A DNA stretch of 64,000 bases from Zancudomyces culisetae HAW-14-8 (lineage: Eukaryota; Fungi; Kickxellomycota): assembly GCA_052426225.1 (NCBI GenBank), contig JBNJNM010000009.1:992001-1056000 (forward strand), written 5' to 3'. The stretch's first letter is position 1. The number at the start of each line of letters is the position of its first letter. A program made the translations under genes and the position numbers. The notes below the pieces were generated by a model. It was not told where the DNA came from and ran no database searches. It saw nothing but the letters and a program-made list of their open reading frames with translations. Shown here one piece after another: positions 13,177 through 24,903 of the stretch.

Positions 13177-15177
13177 CTCGATATTGGGTAAAATAGTCTT
13201 TTGTTGTTCATTTTTTTCTATGTTTCTTTATTTCTTTGCTTTTTTTTTTAAATTATAAATATATCGGATTTAACTTGATGTTTTCAAAACAAGCGATATC
13301 TTAAGAGGGTATGATCAGTCTTTTTATCCCTGGATTTAATCTTGTGTTCAATTTCAGACCTATCAAATACTTGCGATATAATAGAAACGATAAGCACATA
13401 TGTTTCCTTGAATTAATGTCTAGCGAATGTGTCGTTTTTAAGGGGGTATAGGTGAATTAACAAACCCATTTTAACTAGAAACTTTTTTTTTTTAAATAAA
13501 AGGTATTATAGACAGTGTTTAGTTAACACACTTTTCGAGCCAAAAAAGGACCTTTTAAGGCTTTACTAGCACGTTTCTGAAGATGTGACACGCCTATTTT
13601 TTTTTAAAATACCCATTATTTTGATCAGAAGAATATACACTAAACAAGTCAAAAAAAATAATGATGAGTGGGAGGAGCGAACAGCACCCAGTTAAGAACT
13701 AAAACTAGTTTAGACTGTAAACTTAAAAAAAATATTTTATAACTTCAGGATTTATATCTTTTACTTCGAGTTCGCAGGGGTTGAATCAAAAATATGAAAC
13801 CAAGGATCTAGGACGACCCGGTTTTTGTGTGTTTTTACTAACTAGTCCTGTTAACTGGCGTAAAAAAAACTTCAATTTAAACCCCGAGCTAAAAGAGCAG
13901 CCAGTGCGCCTTAAATGGTTTCAGTTTATTAAGGTGCAAAAATATGCGTATCTCAAACAAGGCCAACTTAAAAGCTGATCATCATATCCTCTTATTGCGC
14001 ATGAGAAAAAAAAAACTCAATATACGTATACTCTAAAAACCAAGAGATCTTACTCATATCACTGATTGACAGCGTTTGTATGACTAAATGTATAAATAGG
14101 CTGGTCACATGAGGATGCTCATAACAATATTCCACATCCAAAGAAAGATACCAAATATGTATTTCTTTTTTCAAAGTAAAATACTTTGTTTAAACACTTG
14201 TAGAGGATCTAATGTACACATTTACAAATGGACTTGAAAAATTCCAAGTGGGAGTGAACTTGTGATCAATTAATGATGGTACTTCAGTCTCTATGTTGAT
14301 TTATTTCCCAGCGTTTGATTGGTAAAAATATAGATGCTGATGTGTAGATAGATGGATATAACTGAGTGGAAGGGAGGTTGGTGTGTCTAGAGATACTTGA
14401 TCACATGAAAAAGCGGACTGGTTTAATATATGACTAGTATTGGGGGGAAGTGGCTGGCTATGTGTAACTACGACTCCAGAGATATCATTGTTGTTACACC
14501 ATACAAACTTCCTGGTAAATATGCTACCCCTAATTTATGAAACGTTTAGATTTTCCACAGAGTGCACGCAAATATACTAAAGGCCAGGTTTTGTATTTCT
14601 TGAGAAACGATGCAATAATCCGGAATAAATAAGGAAAGATGAAACTTAAAAAAAAATAAAATAAGTGAAGCTGAAAGATGCTTGGATACTTAGCTTTGTA
14701 GATGAAAATAAATTTACTACAAGATTCAGATCTTGACTCAATAAAAATAATGATGAACAAAAAGAGAAAATAAATTAATCACAAAAAGCGAAACGAGCCA
14801 AACAAAACGCGGAAAAACTTTACCTCTTTCAAATAATTTCGCGGTTGGGGAGGGGGGAGGAATATGTTGGGAAACACCATTTGAATGTAAAGTGTCATCT
14901 AAGGGGTTGGGAATTCAACGCAGGAAAATAATGCTAATGACAGTCTATGCAGCCTTTAATATTATGTATGTACAAGCACACATATACATCTTCTTATATA
15001 GGCATACCTCTCCACCTTTTCGAATAAGTAACACAACCTTAATAACGATGAAGTGTTTGCACACATACCATCAACTCTATTTATTTTGATCGTGAAGTAA
15101 AAATATTAAAAATTTTGCAGATACACAAAAACATAAATTCAAGAAAGCAATAGGACATCAGATAGATCTACCAAAGC

Positions 15178-18100
15178 ATGATTAAACTTGTTCTTATACC
15201 CATACTTTGTCTGACTAGGCATTCACTAGCAACGCCTGCATTTAATGTAGTCAACGGCGTTGATGTTAATGGGCAGAAATGTCCACTACCAACTCTAAAC
15301 AGACTTGCCTGCCCACTTATTTGTGTTACTGATATTTCTAATTGTCCGGAAGGTACCAAACCCAGTTGTGGTAAGGGACTAACATACTGTCAAGATGGCA
15401 CCTGTAAGAAGACATGCGCTAGCGTAACCTCTTCGCCATGTTATTGTAAACAGGACCTTACGCTGCTTTCAGATAATGTAAAAGAAATGTACCCCTGTGG
15501 TGATTACATTGCTAGTAGAGTTCAAAACTTTAACGCATCGGATTCATCGATAACAAAAAACGCCTGCCTAAATGCTCTTGGTATCAGTGAGATTGACGAC
15601 TGGAGTCTTGGCTCGGAAGCAAGCAGCATATTTTTGGATTGTCCTACCGTTGCTCCACCAACAGTCACACTAAAAGAGCCTATGTTTCTTGCATTTTGGA
15701 CAACTTTGGCTCTGCAATTTGTTACATTTATTTCCTGGTTCTTCTACAAGCGATCCGCGGAAAGTGCGATGAAGGAAAGAGGTGTAGCACGTAATAACAG
15801 TGATTCAAGTCTAGTGAGTGATGAAAAAGCATATTTATCAAAACTAGAAAAGGATGGATTATACAACCATGAAAAGGATGACTTTGATAATCAATTCAAC
15901 GGGCATAGGGCAAGTTCCGCGCAGTTTTCATCAACTGGTGTGGATTTGGGATACTTTAAAATTAAATCATATAAATCAAGCACTTTAGGGAAAATCGGTC
16001 TATACAATATATACTTAACAATGGCACTGTGTTCTTCATTCCTCTTTACGCTATGTCTGGATTACTATGGACTTTTAAATGGCGTTGGAGCAGGGCTATT
16101 TTACGCAAATTATGACTGTCTTGGACAGTATTTCATAGTGGTATGGTCGTTTTTGCTTGTATGGGTTATTGTTCTTTTGGTGTTCCGCGAACGAATCTTG
16201 AACTTTTTCCGAATTAATACCACCCTAAAAGAAGGTGATTATGTTCAAGTCGAACAAAAAAAGGATCCAACAGTACTACAAAAAATTAGGTACTCATTCC
16301 TTGTAAGATTGGTTCTTAAGTGGGAAAAGTGGTATAAACACCGGTTCGGCAAAGACATGATTGTACAAACATACAAAATAATGAAAGGAACAAATGGAAC
16401 AAGTTATTTCATGTATAACAACGTACGGTATGTCTATAATGAACAAGAGGCAACATACCTACCCATTACATACAATCTTGGTGAAACCAACAGACAACTT
16501 CTCCAACATGTCGGCGGTCTAACCTCAGAAGAGGCTACCAGAAGACTAGAACGAATAGGACCAAATTTTGTTCCAGTACGCGTTCCAAGCTACCCGAGAG
16601 CATTGTTTAATGAGGTTATGGGATTTTTCTATATCTATCAATTTATGATGCTTTGGCTTTTCTATTACTATGCATACTGGCAAATCGGTATAGTTAACAC
16701 TGTAGTAATATTGGTTTCAATCCTGATCAAAGTAATAACTGGTGTTAAAGCAACAAAGAGATTGAGTGACCTTGCCGAACACAGAGATATCTGCCATGTT
16801 ATCAGGGATGGAGTAGTTACAGAAATAAGCACTACAGATCTGGTGGTTGGAGATATGCTGGTACTTGAGGGCAATAAATTTTCACCATGTGACTGTGTAT
16901 TAGTATCCGGAGATGTGGTTGTGGACGAGTGCTCATTGACAGGCGAGGCAATGCCAGTGAGAAAATTCCCCGTTAAAGATGACGACAATTTGTATGAAAA
17001 ATTATCTTCAGGAAGACTAAGCACACTTTTGGCTGGAACACGCGTTTTACAAAGCAACCCAACAAACAAAAGCCATGCATATGGGCTGGTTACTGCCACT
17101 GGAATCACCACTGAAAAGGGCCAAATGATACAGAAAATACTTTACCCTACCGAAATCCTATTTATCTTCAACATTGAGATGAGAGTGGTATTGGCTATCT
17201 TGGGAACCCAGGGTGTCATTTGGTTCTGTCTTGCATTGTACTTGCTGAAGTACAGTCCTGTTGGTTCATGGTTTTTTGCTACCTATGCACTTATCGAAAT
17301 TATAAGTCCTATTTTGCCTGCTGCTCTGGTTATTGGACAATCTGTTGCTGTTCAACGATTAAAACAGAAGGGAGTGCACTGTGTCGATGTTCCAAGGGTA
17401 ATGCTTGCTGGAAAAATTCAAATATTTTGTTTTGATAAGACAGGGACATTGACAAAGGAGGGGTTGGATTTTTATGGCCTCGTACAGACGGAATATGGAC
17501 GTGACTCTAATCTTGAAAACATGTTGAGTCTAGGAAACCCCAATACTGTTAAAGAGCTAACTGATTCATCAACCGATAATGTCAAGGATTTTGGTGCATT
17601 GACTGAGCTTGCATTGGGTACTTGCCACTCTGTAACAGAGCTTGATGGAAAATTGATAGGAAACCCAGTAGATGTTGAGATGTTTACAAATACACACCGT
17701 ACAATTAAGCTAAACGAATCTGATAGCAGTAAAGCTATAGTCAGCCCACCTCAAGATGTAAAATCAAACGCAAATTTCATTACCGATCATGCTGAGGTTG
17801 TCAAGCAATTTGAATTTATTCACCATCGACAATCAATGAGTGTGGTTGTAAGGTATCCAAATTCAGCCAATTCACGTCTTTTGCACGTATTTGCTAAAGG
17901 ATCCTTTGAAAAAATTCTTGAAAAGTGTAACCCGGGATCAATCCCAGCAAACTACCACTCGATAGCAGAGTGTTATGCAAAGCAAGGTTGTTATGTTCTG
18001 GCTATTGCTCACAAGGTAGTAGACGAAGTTCAGGCTACTAAGAGAGCTGCAAATCTTAAATTAGATACAGACGGAGCCGAAAATTCAGATGAGTGGAACA

Positions 18101-19560
18101 GGGATGAAATCGAATCGGACTTGAATTTGGTATGTTTGATCTTGTTCAAGAACCTACTGAAAGAGGATACTGGTGCAGCAATAGATGAGATAAAGAAATC
18201 AAATACCAGAGTTGTAATGATTACAGGTGATGCGACACTAACAGGAATAAACATAGCAAGGAAGTCGGGAATGATCAATTATGGAAGAAGAGTGATCTTG
18301 GGTGATGTTTCTGAATCCGAAGCACAAAATAGACCCAACCAGTCTCCTAATGGCATTCAAAACACAGATACGGTTGCATGGACTGATGTGGATACAGAGC
18401 AAAGTGTCGATATACACGAACTTGAACAGTCAGGAAGCGAGCCATATGACTTAGCACTTACCAGTAGAGCCTTCAACAGGCTACACAACGCAGGAAAGCT
18501 GGACAAATCCATTTTGATGAATACAAGAATTTTCGGGCGAATGACACCAAAGGATAAGGTTGATTGTATCAAGCTACACATGAAGTACGGGATTACTGCA
18601 ATGTGTGGCGATGGAGGAAATGATTGTGGCGCTTTACGTGTTGCACATGTGGGGCTGGCCATGTCAAACTCTGAAGCTTCTATTGTCTCACCATTTAGTA
18701 CTGCCAAAAAGAGCGTGTTTTCGTGTGTAGAGTTATTGAGTCAGGGCAGAGGTGCGCTAGCAACTTCATTTGCCAACTACAAGTTCTTGATGCTTTATGG
18801 CCAAACCATGGCTATGTTTAAATTTTTTTCCATGTACTTCTCATCCCTTCTTTCTCTACCAGTATGGATAACTATTGATGGACTTATTACTGTTGGTATG
18901 TCCTTGTCAATTTCGCTGAGTAAGCCCGTGGAAAAGCTAGCCAATATCAGACCTACAGCCCGTTTGTTTGGTCCTACAACCATGCTTTCTACTGTGGGCC
19001 AGGTTTTGATAAATTGGACTTTTATGATAGTGTGCCTCATTATCCTATACAGACAGCCTTGGTATAGATGTCACGAATTGGATGCTTCCACAATTGATTT
19101 GAAGATGTGGTGGTTGCTTGGAGACAACTATGAGGCCATGACGGTTGGAATTACAATTATGTTCCAGTTTGTCAACAGTGGGTTTATCTACAACTTTGGT
19201 TATAAATTTCGTCGATTCTGGTTTAGGAACTACGTTCTAGTTATAATTTATCTGGCCTTTATTTCTGTGCTAACTGTTGTTGTCTTGTTGCCACCAAATG
19301 TCATTGGATGTCTTTACAGAATGAACTGTGGTGATAAGGATGTTTTGCAAGAGTTGGGATATAAACCTCCAGGCATGTACATCGAACCATATAATATCCC
19401 ACAAGGACACAATGTCTATCCTCCCAAGTTTAGGCTTTTCATGTGGATATACTGCCTTGCTAATGTATGTGTTGGAATATTGTGGGAGGTTCTAGTCGTT
19501 ATTGGTCCTATCGGTGCATACTTTTCAAAAAGACACGGTAAAAAGAATTACTACCAGTAG
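15178..19560 (+). CDS. P5-type P-ATPase with N-terminal signal peptide and Cys-rich domain, 1460 aa, intronless
   Basis: DECSLTGE actuator motif, CFDKTGTLT phosphorylation site (about 17434-17454), KGSFE, MITGD, MCGDGGNDCGAL hinge, and the P5-type features CHS, GNPVD and RPTARL. Confidence 0.93.
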   Translation: MIKLVLIPILCLTRHSLATPAFNVVNGVDVNGQKCPLPTLNRLACPLICVTDISNCPEGTKPSCGKGLTYCQDGTCKKTCASVTSSPCYCKQDLTLLSDNVKEMYPCGDYIASRVQNFNASDSSITKNACLNALGISEIDDWSLGSEASSIFLDCPTVAPPTVTLKEPMFLAFWTTLALQFVTFISWFFYKRSAESAMKERGVARNNSDSSLVSDEKAYLSKLEKDGLYNHEKDDFDNQFNGHRASSAQFSSTGVDLGYFKIKSYKSSTLGKIGLYNIYLTMALCSSFLFTLCLDYYGLLNGVGAGLFYANYDCLGQYFIVVWSFLLVWVIVLLVFRERILNFFRINTTLKEGDYVQVEQKKDPTVLQKIRYSFLVRLVLKWEKWYKHRFGKDMIVQTYKIMKGTNGTSYFMYNNVRYVYNEQEATYLPITYNLGETNRQLLQHVGGLTSEEATRRLERIGPNFVPVRVPSYPRALFNEVMGFFYIYQFMMLWLFYYYAYWQIGIVNTVVILVSILIKVITGVKATKRLSDLAEHRDICHVIRDGVVTEISTTDLVVGDMLVLEGNKFSPCDCVLVSGDVVVDECSLTGEAMPVRKFPVKDDDNLYEKLSSGRLSTLLAGTRVLQSNPTNKSHAYGLVTATGITTEKGQMIQKILYPTEILFIFNIEMRVVLAILGTQGVIWFCLALYLLKYSPVGSWFFATYALIEIISPILPAALVIGQSVAVQRLKQKGVHCVDVPRVMLAGKIQIFCFDKTGTLTKEGLDFYGLVQTEYGRDSNLENMLSLGNPNTVKELTDSSTDNVKDFGALTELALGTCHSVTELDGKLIGNPVDVEMFTNTHRTIKLNESDSSKAIVSPPQDVKSNANFITDHAEVVKQFEFIHHRQSMSVVVRYPNSANSRLLHVFAKGSFEKILEKCNPGSIPANYHSIAECYAKQGCYVLAIAHKVVDEVQATKRAANLKLDTDGAENSDEWNRDEIESDLNLVCLILFKNLLKEDTGAAIDEIKKSNTRVVMITGDATLTGINIARKSGMINYGRRVILGDVSESEAQNRPNQSPNGIQNTDTVAWTDVDTEQSVDIHELEQSGSEPYDLALTSRAFNRLHNAGKLDKSILMNTRIFGRMTPKDKVDCIKLHMKYGITAMCGDGGNDCGALRVAHVGLAMSNSEASIVSPFSTAKKSVFSCVELLSQGRGALATSFANYKFLMLYGQTMAMFKFFSMYFSSLLSLPVWITIDGLITVGMSLSISLSKPVEKLANIRPTARLFGPTTMLSTVGQVLINWTFMIVCLIILYRQPWYRCHELDASTIDLKMWWLLGDNYEAMTVGITIMFQFVNSGFIYNFGYKFRRFWFRNYVLVIIYLAFISVLTVVVLLPPNVIGCLYRMNCGDKDVLQELGYKPPGMYIEPYNIPQGHNVYPPKFRLFMWIYCLANVCVGILWEVLVVIGPIGAYFSKRHGKKNYYQ

Positions 19561-20007
19561 ACACATGTTCTTGTGCTACTAGCCCCTTTGTGTGTTACAA
19601 ATATGTTGGGTGTCCTTATTTATTTATTTTTTGCTTTTAGTTTCTGCAAGCTTTATTGTTGATTTGTTAATTTATTAATTATTATTTCTACAGTTATTTA
19701 CCCAATTAAATACTAATGTTAATGGTTTTTCACAAAAATAAACTCATGTTCACACATACCTTTTTATGGTTAAGATACTTTAACTTCCGCAACTCCAAGA
19801 AATACATCATATCGAGTCAATAAAGAGTAGCGTGAAAGTGAAAAACTAAGTACCGTTTCATGAAAACTACAGAATTTTGCTGAAATAACAAGAGCATTCA
19901 AACTTTTTTTCCCCATTTATTCACAAACTAAATGAAAGCTATTGCTTGACAATTGGTCTTTTTTTAAATAGAGGAAATCCGGGGAATTAATGTAGCGGTA
20001 TTCCACA

Positions 20008-23000
20008 ATGGCGATGAACGACGTAGAATATTATGGAATGGAATTAAGCCATTTTATAATATATGCTCCAACGCTATCAAAGAATGAAGAGGATGAGCAT
20101 GAACAGATTTTGTATTATGTGGCAGCCAAGGCGCCAGCATTTTCAGGAAAAGAAGAGATAAATAATGAACGAGTTGCGGGAACAAACAGCAATAGGGGAA
20201 ATAAAATGATTGTTGTTGAGGATGGGAAAGATAAGAATACTGCGAATAAAAAGAATCTAAACAGTCCAATCGGGCTGGGTGCTTTGAGTCACAAAAGAAA
20301 TGAAAATCTTGGTTTTGGGGAGAGTAGTGTCAGACGTAGCAACCTAAATCAGGACTTGAGGGAAACTATGTTTAGAGGAGAAGATGTCAGTGGGGTTCGA
20401 GGAGAAACAGTTGATTTGACATCAACCACAGCTATAGAGCCAACTTCACCAAATGTGGCCAAGGCCATTGGAGTTGGGGTTGGAGTTGAAACTTCAGAAG
20501 AAGAAATAAAGGTAGAAAGGGTAAAGAGCAATGAAATAGTAGTGTCATTAGAGGTAAAACTGAAAGAGATTGGGATAGGGCAAGGTATGGTATTGTTTGG
20601 AGAAACGTTTTCGGCAAACAAAGACGGAGAAACACGGTTGGAGCAAGGAAGATACTCGGCACACACGATGAAGAGAAGGACGGTGGTAACAGAGCTGGAA
20701 AAAGGTAGTGTGTGGGCAATTCTGACGGTGGTGTTACCAAGGAAGGTATGGAGCATCGGCCAAGAAAACAACAAGTATTACTATAAGAGCAAGAGAGCAG
20801 GGTTCGGGGGGAAGGGTTACAGAGATATAAAAGCGATAGAATTTTTGGAAGCGGAGGTTGGAGATAAAGAACTCCATGATTTTGTTACGCAGGAATATGA
20901 GATGTACAAGCTGCTTCATGGTAATATAGACATAAAGAATTCAAAGGAGCAGTTTGATGGGGGTATTACTCTTCGAGGAGGAGGAGGAGGAGGCGTGAGG
21001 TATATGAGTACTATAAGAAAAAAACTGAATGAATACTATGGAGGTGTGGTATGGGGTTGGACACAGCGATGGAGAAACAGGAGGTTCAACCAAGAGACAA
21101 ATATTAGTGCTACAAATATACCAGATGAAAGGATCTTGGTGCAGGGGGAATTGGATTTAATACATAGTCTAGGAGGATTGGAAAAGAGGCAGCTTACACA
21201 AGTGACAGTGGATGAACTGGAGGATTTGTATTTAAGGGTTAAAGAGCAGGTTGAAAAGGATAAACTGTTAGAAAAAGGAGAGGTAGAGAATAAGTGGTGT
21301 AAGTTGGAAGGAATGTTTGTATTTTATAGAGGACAGGAGCTGATATGGACGAATATAACGGGTAAAGGAAATAATAGTGATAGAAAGAAGAGAATAAACA
21401 AAATTAGGGCGTTCCAAACGTTTGTGCAGGAGATATTTTCGGAGTATTTTGAGAAACTGGAAAACGAAGGAGGTAAAAGAGGGAATATGGAGCAAAGCCG
21501 AGCGCTGGCTAAGATGAAGGATAGATATACAAAAAAAGAGGATAAAAAAGACGGATTGCGGTGGATAGTGGGCAAAAGAATGTATAAAGAGGAAACGGAT
21601 AGGGTCGAGGAGGATATCAATGCAAAGCTAAATATAGAAATAAACAAGCGAAAGCAGTTAAGTGGAGGTAGCGAACATGACGAACAAAAAACCCCACAAC
21701 AGTATCATAAGGAAGCAAAAGTTGGGGGTAAAGATGAACAAGGAAATGAACAGCTAAAGGGACAGATAGGAAAGAGGAGGGAGAGCCGAAACGAAGAGCA
21801 AGATAATGATGATGGGGCCAAAAATAGTAGCAATGATAAAAGCCATCTTGCGTCCAGTGAAAGTAGTTATTCGTCAGAATCGTCAAGCATCAGCAATATA
21901 GGAACAAAAAGCGGGCATGAGGAGACAGCAGAGTCAACAAGAAATGTAGCGAGTGTTTTGTCCAGGGTAGTTACAGCATTGGTTGAGCCGAAAAAGGCAA
22001 AAGAAGAGGCGACATTTATCAAACCTTCAGCTAGTGAAAATAAGCTAGACATGATGATGATGATGAATGCGGATGGGAAATTAAATAATGCGATGGGTAT
22101 AGGGAATAAACAGTTTGACTATGGGTTTACTAGCCGAAACATCAGCATCAATACAAGTAATTCAGCACTGAAACCTCAGATTTCAACGACACTTATTATC
22201 AACAATCCTTTCTCACATGTAGAGCAAAACGAATTGTCAGAGTCAGTCAATAACAGCCTTAGTAATAGTAGTGACGAAGGGGATGATGAGAGTGGGAGTG
22301 AGTGTGGGAGTGAGAGTGGGAGTGAGTGTGGGAGTGAGAGTGGGAGTGAGTGTGAGAGTGAGAGCAGTAATAGCGCTTTGCTAGCCACACCTAATTTGAG
22401 TAGTGCAATTGTAAACGAAGCATACCGGACTACGTCACCGCTAGCCAGAGTTCAACCACTTGATATTGCTGGAAACGCAAGTATTAATGCATGTAGGAAA
22501 GAGCTACAATCCGTGGATTTGAATGAAACGAGGGTGACTGGTGGCAAAGCCGGTGAATATTTAACTACGTTTGACAAGTATAGCAACTGTAGGAACAGGC
22601 CACTTTCAATCAATACCCCTATTTATATAAACACAGACTCTGAATTTCCTGTGACACCAAGCACTATAGTCGCTTACAGAATTAACAGCTATCTATATAT
22701 ATATTTATTGAAGAAAGATGGCAGGAAGGACCAAAACAACAGTTTTAGCACCCAGGGGATACAGTATACAAGTAGACGATCCTCCCAAAGAACTAGTCGA
22801 CTCCGCAGCGATGAGGTGATAGCAGGGCTTGATCTAAGTGAACCTATTTTCAAGACTATTGAGACATTTACTAACCAACATCATGCAATCATCCACAATA
22901 ATATAAAGTGTGATAATGATATGTTTACCAGAGCAACACTAAAACCCCTTATCGCATCACCAAATGCAGTGACGAGTACCACAAACTCGTCTCAAACCAG

Positions 23001-24012
23001 TGTTGGAAAATTTGCCTATCTGAATGACCACGCAAACTTGGTATATTGGGACAGCCAGAGCAGCTTGGTTTTGAGTCTCTGTAAATTGGATAGATACAAC
23101 GAGTATGACTTTAAAACTATTGACGGGAAGTTATTAAAATACAAGAGTCTTTTTGGGTTGCCAAAAGCACCTTTTATCTCTTCTCAGCCATTTATCGAAA
23201 ATATTGACAACACTATTGGTGATGGTAACGATGATGATAATAGCAACAAAGTTTCCACAACCTCTGCTATGAACAATAACGAGGTCGGTATCAAGGACCC
23301 AATTATACCAACTTCATCATACCTTTCTTCTGCTCTTATAAATCCACTCTCCAACTATTATTCTACATTTAACAAATTTGTTGCTCATTCTGCATCTCCC
23401 ATTCTTACTTTTTTGTCTTCGCCAGTATTGTCTTTTTCTCCAGAATCTTTCCGACCATTCGGTACCACCAATTTGAATCCAAACATCAAGTCAAAGCTCA
23501 AGAGTGAGGACAGTAGTTCATTTTACAGTAATGGCAGCCATCGTGGAATTTTATCATTAGGCTTTCCCAATTCTGTCGTGCACCCGCTTTATGCTATAGT
23601 TAGCGACTATTTTGACTCGCGAACAGGTTTATTTGTTAATCAGAATCGCAATCAAAACCAAAATTATGGTATTAACATTGTCGAAATATACGCAAAACTA
23701 CCAAGTTCTGGTTGGTTGATTTCAAAAAAATTGCCCATAAACACAGATCTCAACTCTAAAATTAACACCGACAGAAACGCTAACAGTGAGCTTTCTGGGC
23801 CTGGCTGGTCTTTTTACTTTGGTTTTGTAGACTCGGCTGACACAATCGATTTCTCCAGCATTCGAGGTAAGTACATATACATCATATACATCATATACAT
23901 GTTGTTGTCATTCAAAGTCTGCACTCATTAAAAAAACATGTTTTTTTTTAACGACGTTTGTCATTTTTTTATAGAGTATGTAGCCTCAGTGGATAGAAAC
24001 ATCTTGAAGTAA
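20008..24012 (+). CDS. CCZ1: CCZ1-like vacuolar fusion protein (Mon1-Ccz1 GEF subunit), greatly expanded; exons 20008-23866 and 23975-24012
   Basis: N-terminal LSHFIIYAPTLSKNEEDEHEQILYY and LKEIGIGQGMVLFGETFS resemble the CCZ1 longin domain. C-terminal EIYAKLPSSGWLISKK. A GTAAGT...TAG intron restores EYVASVDRNILK*. Confidence 0.75.
22288..22365 (+). repeat. Coding tandem repeat of about 24 bp, (ESGSECGS)n, within the CCZ1-like gene
   Basis: GAGAGTGGGAGTGAGTGTGGGAGT repeated about 3 times. Confidence 0.9.
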
Positions 24013-24366
24013 GCTGCGTTTGCATATGCTTGAATTTCTGTGCTGGTATTTGTAACAGTATAGTTATTATCATTGAATTCGATGGTCTGTGGTTATGTCT
24101 AGTCTATATTGTTTTCACATTGTAAAAATAGTGTTTAATAGAATATTCTACTTTAATTTTGGTCCTGTTACCAAATAACAGTAAAAAAAATTATTATTTT
24201 TTGCCTTTTAGTGGTTAAAAAGATCCTACTAATGAAAGCAAGATGTATGCACCATTTTTGATCAATGTTATTGAAAAAGGGCAATGGTTCAAGGGTCGAT
24301 TCCTGTTATAAATGTGAATAAACCTGTGTGAATAATGGTTAGTAAGATGTATGTTTCTGAATAGAT

Positions 24367-24404
24367 ATGGTTATGGTTATGGTTATGGTTATGGTTATGG
24401 TTAT
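24367..24404. repeat. (ATGGTT)n hexanucleotide microsatellite
   Basis: About 6 perfect copies in intergenic DNA. Confidence 0.9.
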
Positions 24405-24903
24405 ACTTGCCTATATCCGTGAGTGTAGAAACAGCAGTAAGAGAAAATAAATGCACATAAACGCACCAATACATTCTCCCCTCAAGTACTCTATCTTGTG
24501 GTATTTATGTTATTCTATCATACGACTAGAACATATTCAGTAACAGTCGGTGGTCTTTTTTGTGGTGGTAAAAGCCATAGATAACCCATCAAGATAATGA
24601 ATAGCCATATACTTACACCAGAAGCATGTTTAATGGATAAAATCAATGATTAGGATCCCGCTTCACTTGCTTTTTTTTTTCTTTGATTTTAATTTGCGCG
24701 TTGCAAAAAAAAAATCCAATATTTGAGCCACTAAACACTTTAAGCTCAGAATAATTCTACTCTTTAAAACACACGAAGTTTGGTACTACAAAATAGAAGC
24801 AATACTTTCTTTCAATTCTAATTTCATTTTTCTTATTCATACCAACTAATCAGCAATTCCTAGTCATTCCCACTTATCATTTAATATATAAAGCACTGTA
24901 CAA

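Noticed and set aside
16668-19040. Antisense ORFs within the P5-ATPase (likewise inside CCZ1, the Bni4-like gene, PHGDH and the surface protein)
   Set aside because: Shadow ORFs of real coding strands with no motifs of their own.
24280-24310. GGTTCAAGGGTCGATTCC, resembling a tRNA T-arm
   Set aside because: No cloverleaf stems or A-box could be built around it.
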